IMG/VR virus record: IMGVR_UViG_3300028572_000010 | Span: 62,001 to 126,000 of that record | DNA from: an uncultured virus (IMG/VR IMGVR_UViG_3300028572_000010) | Taxonomy: Duplodnaviria; Heunggongvirae; Uroviricota; Caudoviricetes | Direction: 5' to 3' (one strand) | DNA length: 64,000 nucleotides | Shown here: positions 10,457 through 21,484 of the stretch, piece by piece | How positions within the stretch are numbered: the first letter of the stretch is position 1 | How the letters are laid out: every line of letters starts with the position of its first letter | Program-made: the position numbers and the translations under genes | Notes under the pieces: model-generated | The model's database searches: none | Seen by the model: the letters and a program-made list of their open reading frames with translations, nothing else | Told to the model about the DNA's origin: nothing

Positions 10457-10975
10457 ATGGCTGCTATATTTTATACAATCCCTGATAATGGTAACAGTGT
10501 CTTTCAAGGAGGAATAACTGTAAATAACTCTGTTCATATACCATTTCTCACCAATCTTATTAATCCAGATGCTATGTTAATAGTTTGTGAAGTAAGCATT
10601 CAGAATAAAGATACGGTACAATACTTTTTAACCTTCAATGATTTGGTTACCTTCTTTTATTTCGGTAAAGGATTGGGTAGTTTGTCTATTAGTGGGTTAA
10701 TTGCTGGTTCCTGTTTAACTTCTTCTTCACAATTCAGTTATAATGGACCTACAAACTATCCTGGAGTAGATCAGTTAATGAATGTAATAGGAAATCAATT
10801 AAGAGGCAAGTCACAACAGATAACCTTTGGAAATACTACATTCTGGTGTGTATTATCCAGTTTCTCTTTTAAGGCTTCATCCGAGTCTTCAGCCATAAAC
10901 TTTGTAGAGTATAACCTGCAATTCGAGATTGTAGATCATACTTTGCCATCACCAGTATTTATTTCAAACTGTTAA
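10457..10975 (+). CDS. probable tail tube initiator/baseplate protein
   Basis: Tube-like beta pattern (VQYFLTFND...FYFGKGLGSLSISG) after the tape measure. Confidence 0.45.
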   Translation: MAAIFYTIPDNGNSVFQGGITVNNSVHIPFLTNLINPDAMLIVCEVSIQNKDTVQYFLTFNDLVTFFYFGKGLGSLSISGLIAGSCLTSSSQFSYNGPTNYPGVDQLMNVIGNQLRGKSQQITFGNTTFWCVLSSFSFKASSESSAINFVEYNLQFEIVDHTLPSPVFISNC

Positions 10976-10976
10976 T

Positions 10977-11426
10977 ATGTCATACATTAATAATTTTAGA
11001 ACTAGATTGATGAATATTACTCCCACTAATATAGCTGGAGAATATATTGATTCAACCTTTACAACCATAACTTTACCTACACAATTAAGCAGCTTCTATA
11101 GTTTATTGTATCCATCCAATACAGAGACTGATATTCTTACCAGAACTAATGCTTATACTCAGTTAATAGTTGCTTGTAAATTAGATCAGGTTTTTAAACA
11201 AGTAGATCCTAGAATAGCCTATACATTACAAGATTTAGCAGTGTTTCAAACTACTCCGCCAAATTTAATAAGTGTGGCTTCAAGTGTCATTGGTAATATA
11301 ACTACTACCAATATGTTAAATTACAATACCAACTATCCTTTATATTTGGATATATATGAAAATGGCACTACTAATTTGCAAAAATTGGCTGGGCTAATCT
11401 GTAATTATTCATATAAATTAGGTTAA
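10977..11426 (+). CDS. virion/baseplate protein, unknown function
   Basis: 149 aa ORF in the baseplate operon. Confidence 0.5.
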   Translation: MSYINNFRTRLMNITPTNIAGEYIDSTFTTITLPTQLSSFYSLLYPSNTETDILTRTNAYTQLIVACKLDQVFKQVDPRIAYTLQDLAVFQTTPPNLISVASSVIGNITTTNMLNYNTNYPLYLDIYENGTTNLQKLAGLICNYSYKLG

Positions 11427-11428
11427 AG

Positions 11429-13102
11429 ATGAATACAAATGTACAGATAACTTTGAGCAGCACCGACCCGATTATAACTGCTATTATCCCAAACTTAAAG
11501 GTATTAGGAGCTTCTATATCTTATGGAATAAATAGGTTGCCTGTAGCTCAAGTAGATGTAGATCCATCAGGACTGCAAACTTTCTGTGACTTTGATAACT
11601 ACCGTAGAAGAGATCTTACGGTAACTATAAAGACTGGTGGGTTATCCTATGATCCTGGTTGCTTACAATTTAATGGCTGGTTGGATGGTGTTAATATATC
11701 CCAACATCCTGGTAGCTTATCTTCGGCTTTAATAATCAAGCATAAGTTTGTATTGTTGAATGAAATTTATCCTAGAATATTAGGACTCAACGCCGGTACT
11801 GCTAATATGTTTACGGTCCAACAACCAGTAACTTATGAACCTAATCAATTTGGACCAGCTTCAGCCAATACTCAATTCTTGACCAGTGATTTACCTTTAT
11901 ATGGCATATTTAGTGGACCACAATTTACACCTGACCTGACATTACCTATTATTCCATTTATTATTCAATTATTTAAAATTGTAGTAGTATATCAAGCAAC
12001 TACTGGTGTTCTACAAGTAGCTAACAGTTATTTAAACATACAAAATGCTTTAGGCAAGGTTATCGAAGCCCAACAAATAAATGCCAATAATCTATTACCA
12101 GTTGTTAAGAATCTCTTAAATCAAATTAATACAAGTTATACTTCAAATGAGGTATTACAAGCTAGTAATACCTTATTAAGTGCTGGTAGTCCGACCATCG
12201 CCTGTTCCATCATAAGTGCCATGTCTGGTCTGGATGATACAGTACTTAATTCAATGATACGCTTTATAGGACAATATGGTTCGACATTTGTAGTTGGTAA
12301 TAAAACTGCCTTTGTTGTTCCTGAAGCGGCATATCTACAAGTTACTATAGATCCTTCACTACTAGTCAATAAAAGGTCAATACAAAGAAATGTGGCTTAC
12401 CCTGCTGATTATGATTCTTTTAACTTTAATGATAATGGAGAGAATACGATTAAAGGCGTATATGTAGTACCAGATACAGTAGGTTTGCAAGGAACTTGGG
12501 CAGTTGGAGGGGTTAATGTATTAAATGGTTATTATATAGATCCTGCTCCTAATACCTTAGGTAATATTGTAGTAAAAACACTACCTCAGTTAGCGGAATC
12601 ATACGTTAGTAGGATAGTTACTCAAGGTAGTATGGCTATTCAGACAAATATAAAAAATGGAGATAATTTGATAACTAAAAAAGTGGAAACTGAAGAAGCT
12701 ACTGATAATTTCATGGCTAATAAGAGCCAGATACTGGCTGAACGGGATAATATTTTATCATTCTTAAATGCCTGGGCTCAAGGTGAATATTGTAGAATAA
12801 AGTATGGCGATAGAGTTGGTTCGATATCAATGCCATTTAACAATAATTGGACTCCTGGTGCTCCTGGGGCTGCATATACTAATCATCCTGGTACTTGGGT
12901 TCACTTTTACGTAACTGAAGTAAGTCATTCATTTCAAGTAACTCCTGGCAGTGGTAATGCATCAACCAATGTAAACTTTAACGGGGGAAGACCTGGTAAA
13001 TCAATTAGTTCTGGCTTAACTTCTGTGCCTCTATATAATTATACATATGCTAATAGTCAGGATTTTTGTAACCATTTTGTAACTGATATATCTCCTAGTT
13101 AA
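11429..13102 (+). CDS. probable baseplate hub (gp27-like)
   Basis: ISYGINRLPVAQV, FNGWLDGV and FYVTEVSHSF motifs; synteny. Confidence 0.5.
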   Translation: MNTNVQITLSSTDPIITAIIPNLKVLGASISYGINRLPVAQVDVDPSGLQTFCDFDNYRRRDLTVTIKTGGLSYDPGCLQFNGWLDGVNISQHPGSLSSALIIKHKFVLLNEIYPRILGLNAGTANMFTVQQPVTYEPNQFGPASANTQFLTSDLPLYGIFSGPQFTPDLTLPIIPFIIQLFKIVVVYQATTGVLQVANSYLNIQNALGKVIEAQQINANNLLPVVKNLLNQINTSYTSNEVLQASNTLLSAGSPTIACSIISAMSGLDDTVLNSMIRFIGQYGSTFVVGNKTAFVVPEAAYLQVTIDPSLLVNKRSIQRNVAYPADYDSFNFNDNGENTIKGVYVVPDTVGLQGTWAVGGVNVLNGYYIDPAPNTLGNIVVKTLPQLAESYVSRIVTQGSMAIQTNIKNGDNLITKKVETEEATDNFMANKSQILAERDNILSFLNAWAQGEYCRIKYGDRVGSISMPFNNNWTPGAPGAAYTNHPGTWVHFYVTEVSHSFQVTPGSGNASTNVNFNGGRPGKSISSGLTSVPLYNYTYANSQDFCNHFVTDISPS

Positions 13103-13103
13103 T

Positions 13104-13745
13104 ATGAACGATATTAAAAAACTTTTAGCTGACTACGATAAAATGATAAAATATGAAGCTGGAAAATATAGTAAGTTAATTCCTTATGAAGTAGTATTGG
13201 CTGAGGCATATAAGTTAGCTCATAAAGCAGCTGAGTCATTTGATCCTTCTAAGAATATTAAATTCAGTACTCATCTTACTAATCAATTGAAGAAGCTTAG
13301 TAGAATATCAACTTTATATGGTGCTGCAGTGAGATTGCCTGAAAATAAACAATTTAAATCACAGCACATTAATGAGGCGGAACTATATCTAAAAGATGAA
13401 TTAGGTAGAGAACCATCAGCTATGGAAGTAAGTGAGTATACACATATACCATTGGTTCATGTAAATAAGATAAAACAAAACAAAGCCAATGAAGTTAATC
13501 TAAGTAGTTTAACACATACTCCAGTCTTTTTAACTAATCAAAATGATGATTGGCTTCATTTTGTATACCATGATTTATCAGATTTAGATAGAGTAATATT
13601 TGAATATAAAACTGGTTTTAATAATAAACCTACATTAAATAACGAAGAGATAGCTAAAAAATTGAATATCTCTACCAATACTGTAATAAGTAGGGTAAAA
13701 GTTATAGGAGATAAAGTTAAATCTGGTTGGGAGGATGATGAATAA
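13104..13745 (+). CDS. RNA polymerase sigma70-family factor (FliA/WhiG-like), probable late sigma
   Basis: Region 2 AAESFDPSKNIKFSTHL, region 3 LGREPSAMEVSE, region 4 HTH NEEIAKKLNIS. Confidence 0.85.
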   Translation: MNDIKKLLADYDKMIKYEAGKYSKLIPYEVVLAEAYKLAHKAAESFDPSKNIKFSTHLTNQLKKLSRISTLYGAAVRLPENKQFKSQHINEAELYLKDELGREPSAMEVSEYTHIPLVHVNKIKQNKANEVNLSSLTHTPVFLTNQNDDWLHFVYHDLSDLDRVIFEYKTGFNNKPTLNNEEIAKKLNISTNTVISRVKVIGDKVKSGWEDDE

Positions 13746-14158
13746 TGCCTCAAACATATACACAATTAGCAGAATCTATTAGAACTTGGTTAAGTGATAC
13801 ATATACTTCAATGTATACTGATCCTACTGAAAGACAGTGGTGTTTACTAGGAATAACTGATATACTTACACCAAGCAATATAGATACTTATTTTGATTCA
13901 AGTGTCCCTAATAAAGCATTTGATGCCCAAGTAGCAGCTGTGGCACAAGCTAAAACATTAACCAATGTACCAGTAGCCCAACTACAACTAGAAGCAGATA
14001 ATATATATAGTCTAGCTAAATCAATGGTGTATAGACATCAACCTAGGCTGAGAAATTATCGGGATGATATTGAGAATAAAGATATTAGAACCTCAACATC
14101 CATAGCAATAAGTTTAGGTAGATATAATTTGTTACAAGCAATAATGAAAGGTACTTAA
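13745..14158 (+). CDS. hypothetical virion protein
   Basis: 137 aa coupled ORF. Confidence 0.55.
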   Translation: MPQTYTQLAESIRTWLSDTYTSMYTDPTERQWCLLGITDILTPSNIDTYFDSSVPNKAFDAQVAAVAQAKTLTNVPVAQLQLEADNIYSLAKSMVYRHQPRLRNYRDDIENKDIRTSTSIAISLGRYNLLQAIMKGT

Positions 14159-14601
14159 TGCCAGTCTCAGGAACATCAGTAGATTATAGTGGTAGACTAG
14201 TTGATATGTATATTTCTGGTACTTTAAATCCATTAAGTACCGCTACTCAGAATATTACTTATTCATTTGGCTATCCTACTCAATATATAGCTGGGGTACA
14301 AAAGTTAATACAACGTTATATTATAAGTCTTATAAATTCAGGATTTGTTGAAGATTTGATAGGGTTATCCAGTAATAATATACAGACTGCCAAGAATTTA
14401 TTTAACAACTATAATGCTATTGTTATTCAAAACTTTAAGAGTTATCAGAATAGTCAAACACCCTCTTTATTCTTGGATGAACAGTTAAGCACAGTGCAAC
14501 TAAATAACGTGACCAGTACTGGGACATATGTAAATTATTCCATGACTTTAACTACTCAAGCAGGTACCACAGTTACAGTTTTATTACCTTTACCACTTTA
14601 A
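14158..14601 (+). CDS. baseplate wedge subunit (gp25-like)
   Basis: IAGVQKLIQRY...DEQL motif, immediately before the J-like gene. Confidence 0.6.
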   Translation: MPVSGTSVDYSGRLVDMYISGTLNPLSTATQNITYSFGYPTQYIAGVQKLIQRYIISLINSGFVEDLIGLSSNNIQTAKNLFNNYNAIVIQNFKSYQNSQTPSLFLDEQLSTVQLNNVTSTGTYVNYSMTLTTQAGTTVTVLLPLPL

Positions 14602-14604
14602 TTT

Positions 14605-16179
14605 ATGTCAGAAACAATTGCCCAGACTTTAGCTAGATTGACTGCATTTATACAATCATCAGCACCTACTCTTGATTTATCTCCAGGTTCAGTATTTAGT
14701 GAGCTAATACTAGGTTTGGAATCTCAAATACAGAATCAGGTATATAATGATATTGATGCTATATCTACAGAACAAGCTATTAGTCAAGTCATCAATAGCT
14801 TAACACCTACTTACAGCTCTATAATAGATCAAATTGCTAGTAATTATAATGTAACTAGAATTCAAGGAGCGGCAGCTGCTGGTAATATTAAAGTATTCAC
14901 TTCTGCACAAAATGCCAACACTTATGTTTTACCTAGTGGGACTTCGTTTACCCAACCAGCTCTAGGCTATACTTATCAAACTACTAGTCCGATAACCTTA
15001 AATTCTGGTTCATTCATACTTCAAAATGGTTTGTATTACTTTATCATACCTGTTTATGCTACTACGATAGGTATTCAAACTGCAGTATCTAATCTAGCTC
15101 CATTCATACTAAATGCTACTAGTGCTATTCCAAACTATGTAAATTCAGTGGCTTATGGCACTTTCTCACAAGGTATTAATCAAGAAACAGACCAACAACT
15201 TATTACTAGATTCAGAACTGGGCTGGCTACAACAAATCTATTAACTGCTGCTAGTATTAATAATCAATTAACTCAGTTATATCCCAGCTTTAGAGGGGCA
15301 TATTTAGCAGATACAACTTCTCCAGTAAATATAAGAAGTCAAAATAACCTTCTAAATATAAAAGTACCTGGTTGTGTAGATGTATATGTTAAAAATGACA
15401 TTACTATTCCACAAACAAGCTTCCAAATAGTTGGTTCTTATGATTCAATCAATGCAGTCTGGGATGTTACTATTCCAGCTACTCAAGCTCCTGGATTTTA
15501 TAGAATAGTTAATGTACAGGATGCAGCAGCTACAAACTTAGCTTATTTACCATTTACAGTTACTTATGGTTATGATAATACTACTCCTAGTCAGATAACC
15601 ACACCTGCTCAAGCTAGATATTCCATTTATCAGACCGCAACTTTAGCTATTACTTATGTACCTCCTGTAATGAGTCAGCCGTTTACATTCAATATAACAG
15701 CTATTGCTCCATTTAATCTAAGTCCTACCCAAGCACTGTTTTTAAACAATAATAATAGGATTCCTTGTACCGATTATCTAGCTAAAGGTATTATTCCTTG
15801 TAATGTTAGCATGTCTATTTCTATTGTAAGAAATAATGTAACTGATGTAATTAATGTATCTGCTATCCAATCTGCCATATTTAATTATGTCAATAGCCTG
15901 CCTATCGGAAGTTCAGTAGCAGTAAGTCAAATAGTCAGTATTTGTCATCAGTTTAATATAGCTAGAGTAGATTTACCTATATTGTTAAATGGACAAATAC
16001 TAGCTCCTTATGATGCAAATCAAAACGCTACTGATGAAAATATTATAATTGAAGGAAATGACTTCTTAGAGATACCTACTACATTAACTCAATATGGTGT
16101 CTCTCCAGCAAATACAATGTTCTTCTTAAGCTATTATAATGATTCTGGGACACAAAATATTAATATAACTGTTAAATGA
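14605..16179 (+). CDS. baseplate J-like wedge protein
   Basis: DLSPGSVFSEL, IASNYNVTR..G..A.G and GINQETDQQLITR motifs. Confidence 0.8.
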   Translation: MSETIAQTLARLTAFIQSSAPTLDLSPGSVFSELILGLESQIQNQVYNDIDAISTEQAISQVINSLTPTYSSIIDQIASNYNVTRIQGAAAAGNIKVFTSAQNANTYVLPSGTSFTQPALGYTYQTTSPITLNSGSFILQNGLYYFIIPVYATTIGIQTAVSNLAPFILNATSAIPNYVNSVAYGTFSQGINQETDQQLITRFRTGLATTNLLTAASINNQLTQLYPSFRGAYLADTTSPVNIRSQNNLLNIKVPGCVDVYVKNDITIPQTSFQIVGSYDSINAVWDVTIPATQAPGFYRIVNVQDAAATNLAYLPFTVTYGYDNTTPSQITTPAQARYSIYQTATLAITYVPPVMSQPFTFNITAIAPFNLSPTQALFLNNNNRIPCTDYLAKGIIPCNVSMSISIVRNNVTDVINVSAIQSAIFNYVNSLPIGSSVAVSQIVSICHQFNIARVDLPILLNGQILAPYDANQNATDENIIIEGNDFLEIPTTLTQYGVSPANTMFFLSYYNDSGTQNINITVK

Positions 16180-17846
16180 GCTTCTTAAGTTACAATCAAG
16201 ATATTTATCCTGGTAACAATGCTACCGATAGTAGATATTTGTTCAATTCTCTAGGCTATTTCTGGCAGCGAGTATTTAGTGAGCAACAAGTTATTACTGG
16301 GTTGACTTCTGGGCAAGCAGCGGCAGCACAACAAGCATATACTAACATGCTTGAATTGATTAATAGTTATAGTAGTAAACAGATAAGTATATTTGATCAT
16401 CAAAATTGGTATCCTATTTACATATATTTATCGGCAATGGATAATAACACCTTATTATTTGGTGAAAATGTATTGTTTGGAGCTGAAGTGATGGGGAATC
16501 CGTATTTATTCGGAGCCCCCATACCTGAAGATACCAATGTTTATAGTGTAATTCTACCTAATAGCTTGATGTTAACTTCTATTATAGTAGATCAGATAAT
16601 CAATCCTAACTATGTATGGGTTAATGGTCAGAACTTTCAATTAATAAATGAAAGGTTATTCTTTTATGGAAACCCTTTTACCATACCTGGGGTAACTCCA
16701 ACTATCATCTATAATTCTGACGGTACAGATTCTGGAGATAGATTACTTACTCTATGGTGTTATAATGCGGCCATAGATAGTGAGAGTTTAAAATACAATA
16801 TAGGTTATTTATTCGGCCTTGATGTCCCTCATTCAGAACTAGGTAAACAAGTATTAGCAAGTGTAGTACAAATGTTTACTAATGGACCTACCATAAATGA
16901 TCTAAAAGCAATTGCTCTTAGTAGTCTAGGCTTGCCGGTCATTACTCAGCAATCAACTATCCAATCCATATTAAGTGATAATGGATATAATGTATTTGTA
17001 ACTAATACTGGAGCTTATAGATATCCAAATACATATACCATCAAACCTGGTATAATTGTAAGTTCTGTATTGAATATAGGTGATGTTCCAGTAGAAGTAG
17101 TAGAAGTATATGATGAAGTAAATACTGCTAATTGGTGGCAGACACAATTAGGTATTAATATATCTACGCCTACAACTAGATATGTAATTGACCCTACACA
17201 TCAATCAGGATTATTAGTACCTGTTACTGGATTATCTCTGGTTCCTTTAGTATTACCTGCTAGTATGATATTAGTCTCTGCTAATTATTCAGTTCAATTC
17301 AATAATGATCTGGAACCAATCTCTTTGGATAATAATGGATTTCCTATCTTCCCAGTAATAGGCAATCCAACTGACGTAGCTAACTATCAAGCATCATTAA
17401 AAAATACAGCATTTTTAAACTTGGTTAATACTCAAATATCCCCACCTCTATCCAATTCAAATCCAGTTAATGTAATTAATCCAGTAAATTTCATATTTAA
17501 TTGCATATTAAAGAGTTGTGCCGCTCTATTAAGGATAAAGTTCTTTACTACTGACCAAGTTGCAGCATTTCAACAATATTTCGAAGCAGTAAAGGATATG
17601 CTGCCTCCTAATATATTCTTGATAGTTTTATGTGATATTGGTAATGTTGGAGATGAAATTTACCAGATGAATACTGAAGTGATCGATGATGGAATGAGGA
17701 CTTATCAACCACTACAAAAGACTAACGATTTAGTATCATTTAACTCAGGTTCAGGATTGCTGATTAAAGATATGAGTCCGAGCCGGGTTATTGTAACTAA
17801 TCCTATTTCACCAATTACTGGTGTGAGCTTAACTATTGCATCTTAA
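16176..17846 (+). CDS. baseplate wedge protein
   Basis: LGYFW and NGPTINDL..LGLP motifs; follows the J-like gene. Confidence 0.55.
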   Translation: MSFLSYNQDIYPGNNATDSRYLFNSLGYFWQRVFSEQQVITGLTSGQAAAAQQAYTNMLELINSYSSKQISIFDHQNWYPIYIYLSAMDNNTLLFGENVLFGAEVMGNPYLFGAPIPEDTNVYSVILPNSLMLTSIIVDQIINPNYVWVNGQNFQLINERLFFYGNPFTIPGVTPTIIYNSDGTDSGDRLLTLWCYNAAIDSESLKYNIGYLFGLDVPHSELGKQVLASVVQMFTNGPTINDLKAIALSSLGLPVITQQSTIQSILSDNGYNVFVTNTGAYRYPNTYTIKPGIIVSSVLNIGDVPVEVVEVYDEVNTANWWQTQLGINISTPTTRYVIDPTHQSGLLVPVTGLSLVPLVLPASMILVSANYSVQFNNDLEPISLDNNGFPIFPVIGNPTDVANYQASLKNTAFLNLVNTQISPPLSNSNPVNVINPVNFIFNCILKSCAALLRIKFFTTDQVAAFQQYFEAVKDMLPPNIFLIVLCDIGNVGDEIYQMNTEVIDDGMRTYQPLQKTNDLVSFNSGSGLLIKDMSPSRVIVTNPISPITGVSLTIAS

Positions 17847-17850
17847 AACA

Positions 17851-17879
17851 TTGAGATGCTAGAATAAAACTGTTATTAT
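17851..17879 (+). promoter_or_regulatory. sigma70-like promoter, probably leaderless
   Basis: TTGAGA-17-TATTAT with TG extension; ATG 7 nt downstream. Confidence 0.55.
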
Positions 17880-17886
17880 CATTATT

Positions 17887-18411
17887 ATGGACTATTTAGA
17901 TAAAGCCTATACTGTAAATAAAGATGCATTTGGTAGAGTTCGGATATGGCGTGTTAATCCTGAAGGTAGTAAAGAACTGATACTTGAACAACAGAACACT
18001 ATTGTTTTAGGTGGAGCAGACATTACAGCCAAAGCATTGAGTGGATTACCTAATACTGGTATTACTCATATGTATGTAGCTAATGATAATGTAGGGGCTA
18101 TTCCTACAGTAACAGTCAATGATACGGTAACTAGTTTTGGTAGTACATTTACTAGAATACCATTAACATTTTCACCCAACTATTCAAATGAAGCAGGTTA
18201 TACATCAAATCTGGTCTATTTTAGTGTGTATATTACAGGTTCTACAATACCTAATGGAAATTTTATTACTAGTTTGGGTCTTGTCAATGCTAGTGTTCCG
18301 AGTAGCTCTTCTGGTGATAAGCTATTTTCTAGAATTGCTTTTAGCCCTATTACATATAATAGTACTCAAGGATTAGTAATTACTTGGGGATTAACTTTTC
18401 GTGCTTCTTAA
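17887..18411 (+). CDS. tail/baseplate fibre-attachment protein
   Basis: NTIV..G...ITHMYVA...GLV...LFSR...ITW pattern typical of small baseplate proteins. Confidence 0.55.
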   Translation: MDYLDKAYTVNKDAFGRVRIWRVNPEGSKELILEQQNTIVLGGADITAKALSGLPNTGITHMYVANDNVGAIPTVTVNDTVTSFGSTFTRIPLTFSPNYSNEAGYTSNLVYFSVYITGSTIPNGNFITSLGLVNASVPSSSSGDKLFSRIAFSPITYNSTQGLVITWGLTFRAS

Positions 18412-18414
18412 AAT

Positions 18415-20610
18415 ATGAGTACATGGACTGCAAATGTGCCGTTATTTACAGACGGTGTTAGTATATTGAATCAAGCTACGGTTAATCCTGTAGTTACTGC
18501 ACTAGCTAATAGAGATCAATATCTATTTGAAATGCTGAATAATAAGTCAGATAAGACTGTATTAATCAGTTATAACCAACCTATTTATGGTAACCTAGCT
18601 CCAGGCACACCAGTTTACTTTAATAACTCTAGTGGGCAGGCAGTCTTATATCCTGCGCAAGCTGGATATTCACCTGATAGTACCGGTCATCTAATTCCTG
18701 CTACCTCTGCCTTTATATTTGGTATAGTAGATGATATATATGAAGGGCAAACCGGTCCTGTAGTATATGGTGATATTTATGTAAGAGGATTGATAAGTGG
18801 TATTGATTTTAGTCAGGTACTAGATACTGCAAGTTTAGCTGAAGGGACTTTACAACCTGGACCACTTTATCTCTCTAGTAATGAGCCTGGTAAATTAACC
18901 ATCTATCCTAGTGGTGCTGGTATATTTGTAGGTTATTATATTGGTTCAGAAAGCCTGGTACTAGCTCCTAACATTGATTCTTTAAATCAACTATATTTTA
19001 ATTATAGAATAGAAGTCCCTCCTCTAGTAGCTGGTACACCGTCATTACCTAGTGCTGACAATGGTTCTTTATTTGTATGGCATAATACTACTACTGGTCT
19101 TAATTATACTATTAGTAGTGTTAATAACCCACCCCAACTAGCCTGGGTTGTTACCGCTACTGCTATTAATGCTAACAATAATGGAGCAGGTTTAATCTGG
19201 ACCGATCCTACTAATGGACTTAATTATACTATTAGCTGTGTCAATAACCCACCCCAACTAGCTTGGGTACTAACCGGTTCTCCCAATACTAATAACGGAG
19301 CAGTGATGGTATGGAATAATACAACTACTAATCTAAACTATACTATTGAAGCTATTGGTGCTCCTCCCCAACTAGCCTGGCTTACAACCTCAGTTAATAC
19401 TAATGTTTGGACTATTATTCATAATCCAAATGCTACTACTGACATGACTAATAAAGTAGGTTGGGTTAATGCTTCAGATGCTCAATCAGTACTATTAATC
19501 ACACCGCCTACTAATGCTCAATTCTATTATAATCTTCCTACTGCTGCAGTAATTATTGCAACTACAGAAGATAATACTCAACCCTATTATTTGACAGCTC
19601 TGCAAAAAGATAATGCTTTGGAATTGTTGAATGCTTTACCAGCTTATCCAGTAGCTTATACCATGGTTTTCATGAATGGTATATTACAGACCTTAAATGA
19701 TACTGACCACCCTAACGGAGCTTATATTATAGATGAGAATGGATTATGGTGGACTCAAAATCAAATCAATTATGTACCTTGGTCAGGAAGTCCAGGTCCA
19801 GTAGATTTGCAATTGCTTATAACCAAGCTTAATCCTAACTTTAGTGATAGTGTAGTTACTAGTCTAACACCGACTAACTCAGCTTTAACCATAACTAATC
19901 CTGCCGGTCAACCTGCTACGGTAGGGAATTTAAATATACAGCTACAACTTCCTATTACTAATATAGGAAGTACTGGTAATGGAACTGCACTACAAAGTAT
20001 AGCTTATAATACTTCTACTGGATTAACTACTACACAAACTGCACCAGTAATAAATAGTGTAGTGGTAGGACCTGGATTAGTAGTTACGCAGAATATACCA
20101 GGTCAATTAGTCCTTTCACTTAGTAATTTCTCATTAACCGGAGAAGTTGCCGATATTGAGCCAGAAGAGGCAGATTTTATATATAAAGGACTTAATGCAT
20201 ATCTTAGACTAAAGAATCCTATAGTTAATCAAAAGCTGGGGTTTGTAGGCAAGTTTATGGTGCCTGCTACTATACCAAGTAATACGCCAATCTCTATTCA
20301 ATTAGTATGCTTTACTGATAATAATACGGTTGGTTCTGGTACGGCTGCCTTTACATTTGAATATGCAGTAAGCTATAATACCTCTTCCATATCAAGTGCT
20401 ACAGTATTATCTAATGTAAGTATACCTGGTTCACTATTCCCTAGTTTAACTCAGACTACTATTTATACTGATTCAAACAATAATCCTTATTTCACTATTC
20501 CAGCCTCTGCGTTCTCAGGAGGGTCATATGTAAACTTCAGAATAGCTAGAGTGAATTCTAACTATAGTAATTCCATAGGTATACTTGGTGTTCTTTGGAT
20601 AATTGCATAA
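18415..20610 (+). CDS. tail fibre-like structural protein with 3 internal PPQLAW repeats
   Basis: VN..V.ALANRDQYL N-terminus, LQPGPLYLS..EPGKLT domain, triple repeat at 19075-19385. Confidence 0.6.
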   Translation: MSTWTANVPLFTDGVSILNQATVNPVVTALANRDQYLFEMLNNKSDKTVLISYNQPIYGNLAPGTPVYFNNSSGQAVLYPAQAGYSPDSTGHLIPATSAFIFGIVDDIYEGQTGPVVYGDIYVRGLISGIDFSQVLDTASLAEGTLQPGPLYLSSNEPGKLTIYPSGAGIFVGYYIGSESLVLAPNIDSLNQLYFNYRIEVPPLVAGTPSLPSADNGSLFVWHNTTTGLNYTISSVNNPPQLAWVVTATAINANNNGAGLIWTDPTNGLNYTISCVNNPPQLAWVLTGSPNTNNGAVMVWNNTTTNLNYTIEAIGAPPQLAWLTTSVNTNVWTIIHNPNATTDMTNKVGWVNASDAQSVLLITPPTNAQFYYNLPTAAVIIATTEDNTQPYYLTALQKDNALELLNALPAYPVAYTMVFMNGILQTLNDTDHPNGAYIIDENGLWWTQNQINYVPWSGSPGPVDLQLLITKLNPNFSDSVVTSLTPTNSALTITNPAGQPATVGNLNIQLQLPITNIGSTGNGTALQSIAYNTSTGLTTTQTAPVINSVVVGPGLVVTQNIPGQLVLSLSNFSLTGEVADIEPEEADFIYKGLNAYLRLKNPIVNQKLGFVGKFMVPATIPSNTPISIQLVCFTDNNTVGSGTAAFTFEYAVSYNTSSISSATVLSNVSIPGSLFPSLTQTTIYTDSNNNPYFTIPASAFSGGSYVNFRIARVNSNYSNSIGILGVLWIIA

Positions 20611-20611
20611 T

Positions 20612-21481
20612 ATGGTAACATTAGATTATCTTAACACGAATTCACTACGTAACTACCCTATTAAGGATGGTTGCTCTAGAACTTCTGTGGATGGATTGTT
20701 TACTATTCCGAACAGTTTAATTGTAGATTTGGTATTATGTAATCCAGGTACAGTGAGTTTAAGCCTTTATATTTCTGCTGTATCTGTCTCTCCTACAAAT
20801 TTATCTATTGAAATATCTGATCAAACTTTAGGAGAAATGGGGGTATTTCAAACTACATTACCACTAACTAACTATAATACTGATTTATCTTTGATTCCTG
20901 GTTCAAACTTCCCCTCAGCTACTGGGAATATTACTATTGGTTCAGGAGATGATTTAGTAGATTTAGTATCAGGAAACTTTATCTTTAGTTATACTGCTAC
21001 AACTTTATTAATGAGAGTTTATAGTCCTAGTAATCCAGGACTTAGCTGGATATCATTTAGTGATGTTAAAGGCAATACCTCAACTCAAACTGGCTATGTA
21101 CAAATTGATGGTCATAGTAACATCCAATTCAGACTAGGTAGTGGGGTAGTCTATATAGATGCTGGTGAAGATTTAGGACTAAATAAAATTTGTGTTTCCA
21201 ATCAAATCCCTATTACTACTATTAATGGGGTGCCTCCTAATTCAGATGGTAATTTTACGCTAATTCCTGAGCAATGTGTAGCATTAACAACTGCACAATT
21301 CGGTTTATCTATTGCTGATAATTGTGGCCAGACTTGTTTGGGTTGTACAGCTATAGAAACACTAACTACTCAAGTAAATAGCTTGGAGACTAGTGTGATC
21401 AATATAAGAAACTTTACAAATAACCTGCAAGCTGCTATTACTCAAGCAACAACATTACTGAACTACCAATGTCAGTGCTAA
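20612..21481 (+). CDS. fibre/baseplate paralog family member 1
   Basis: LDYLNTNSLRNYP N-terminus, INGVPPNSDGNF, C-terminal coiled coil; ATG at 20612. Confidence 0.6.
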   Translation: MVTLDYLNTNSLRNYPIKDGCSRTSVDGLFTIPNSLIVDLVLCNPGTVSLSLYISAVSVSPTNLSIEISDQTLGEMGVFQTTLPLTNYNTDLSLIPGSNFPSATGNITIGSGDDLVDLVSGNFIFSYTATTLLMRVYSPSNPGLSWISFSDVKGNTSTQTGYVQIDGHSNIQFRLGSGVVYIDAGEDLGLNKICVSNQIPITTINGVPPNSDGNFTLIPEQCVALTTAQFGLSIADNCGQTCLGCTAIETLTTQVNSLETSVINIRNFTNNLQAAITQATTLLNYQCQC

Positions 21482-21484
21482 TCT

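Noticed and set aside
2012..17846. Bacterial contractile injection system (eCIS/T6SS/tailocin)
   Set aside because: Neck, portal-like and tape-measure genes, tRNA/tmRNA and dense small phage-type ORFs indicate a phage genome; no host housekeeping genes seen.
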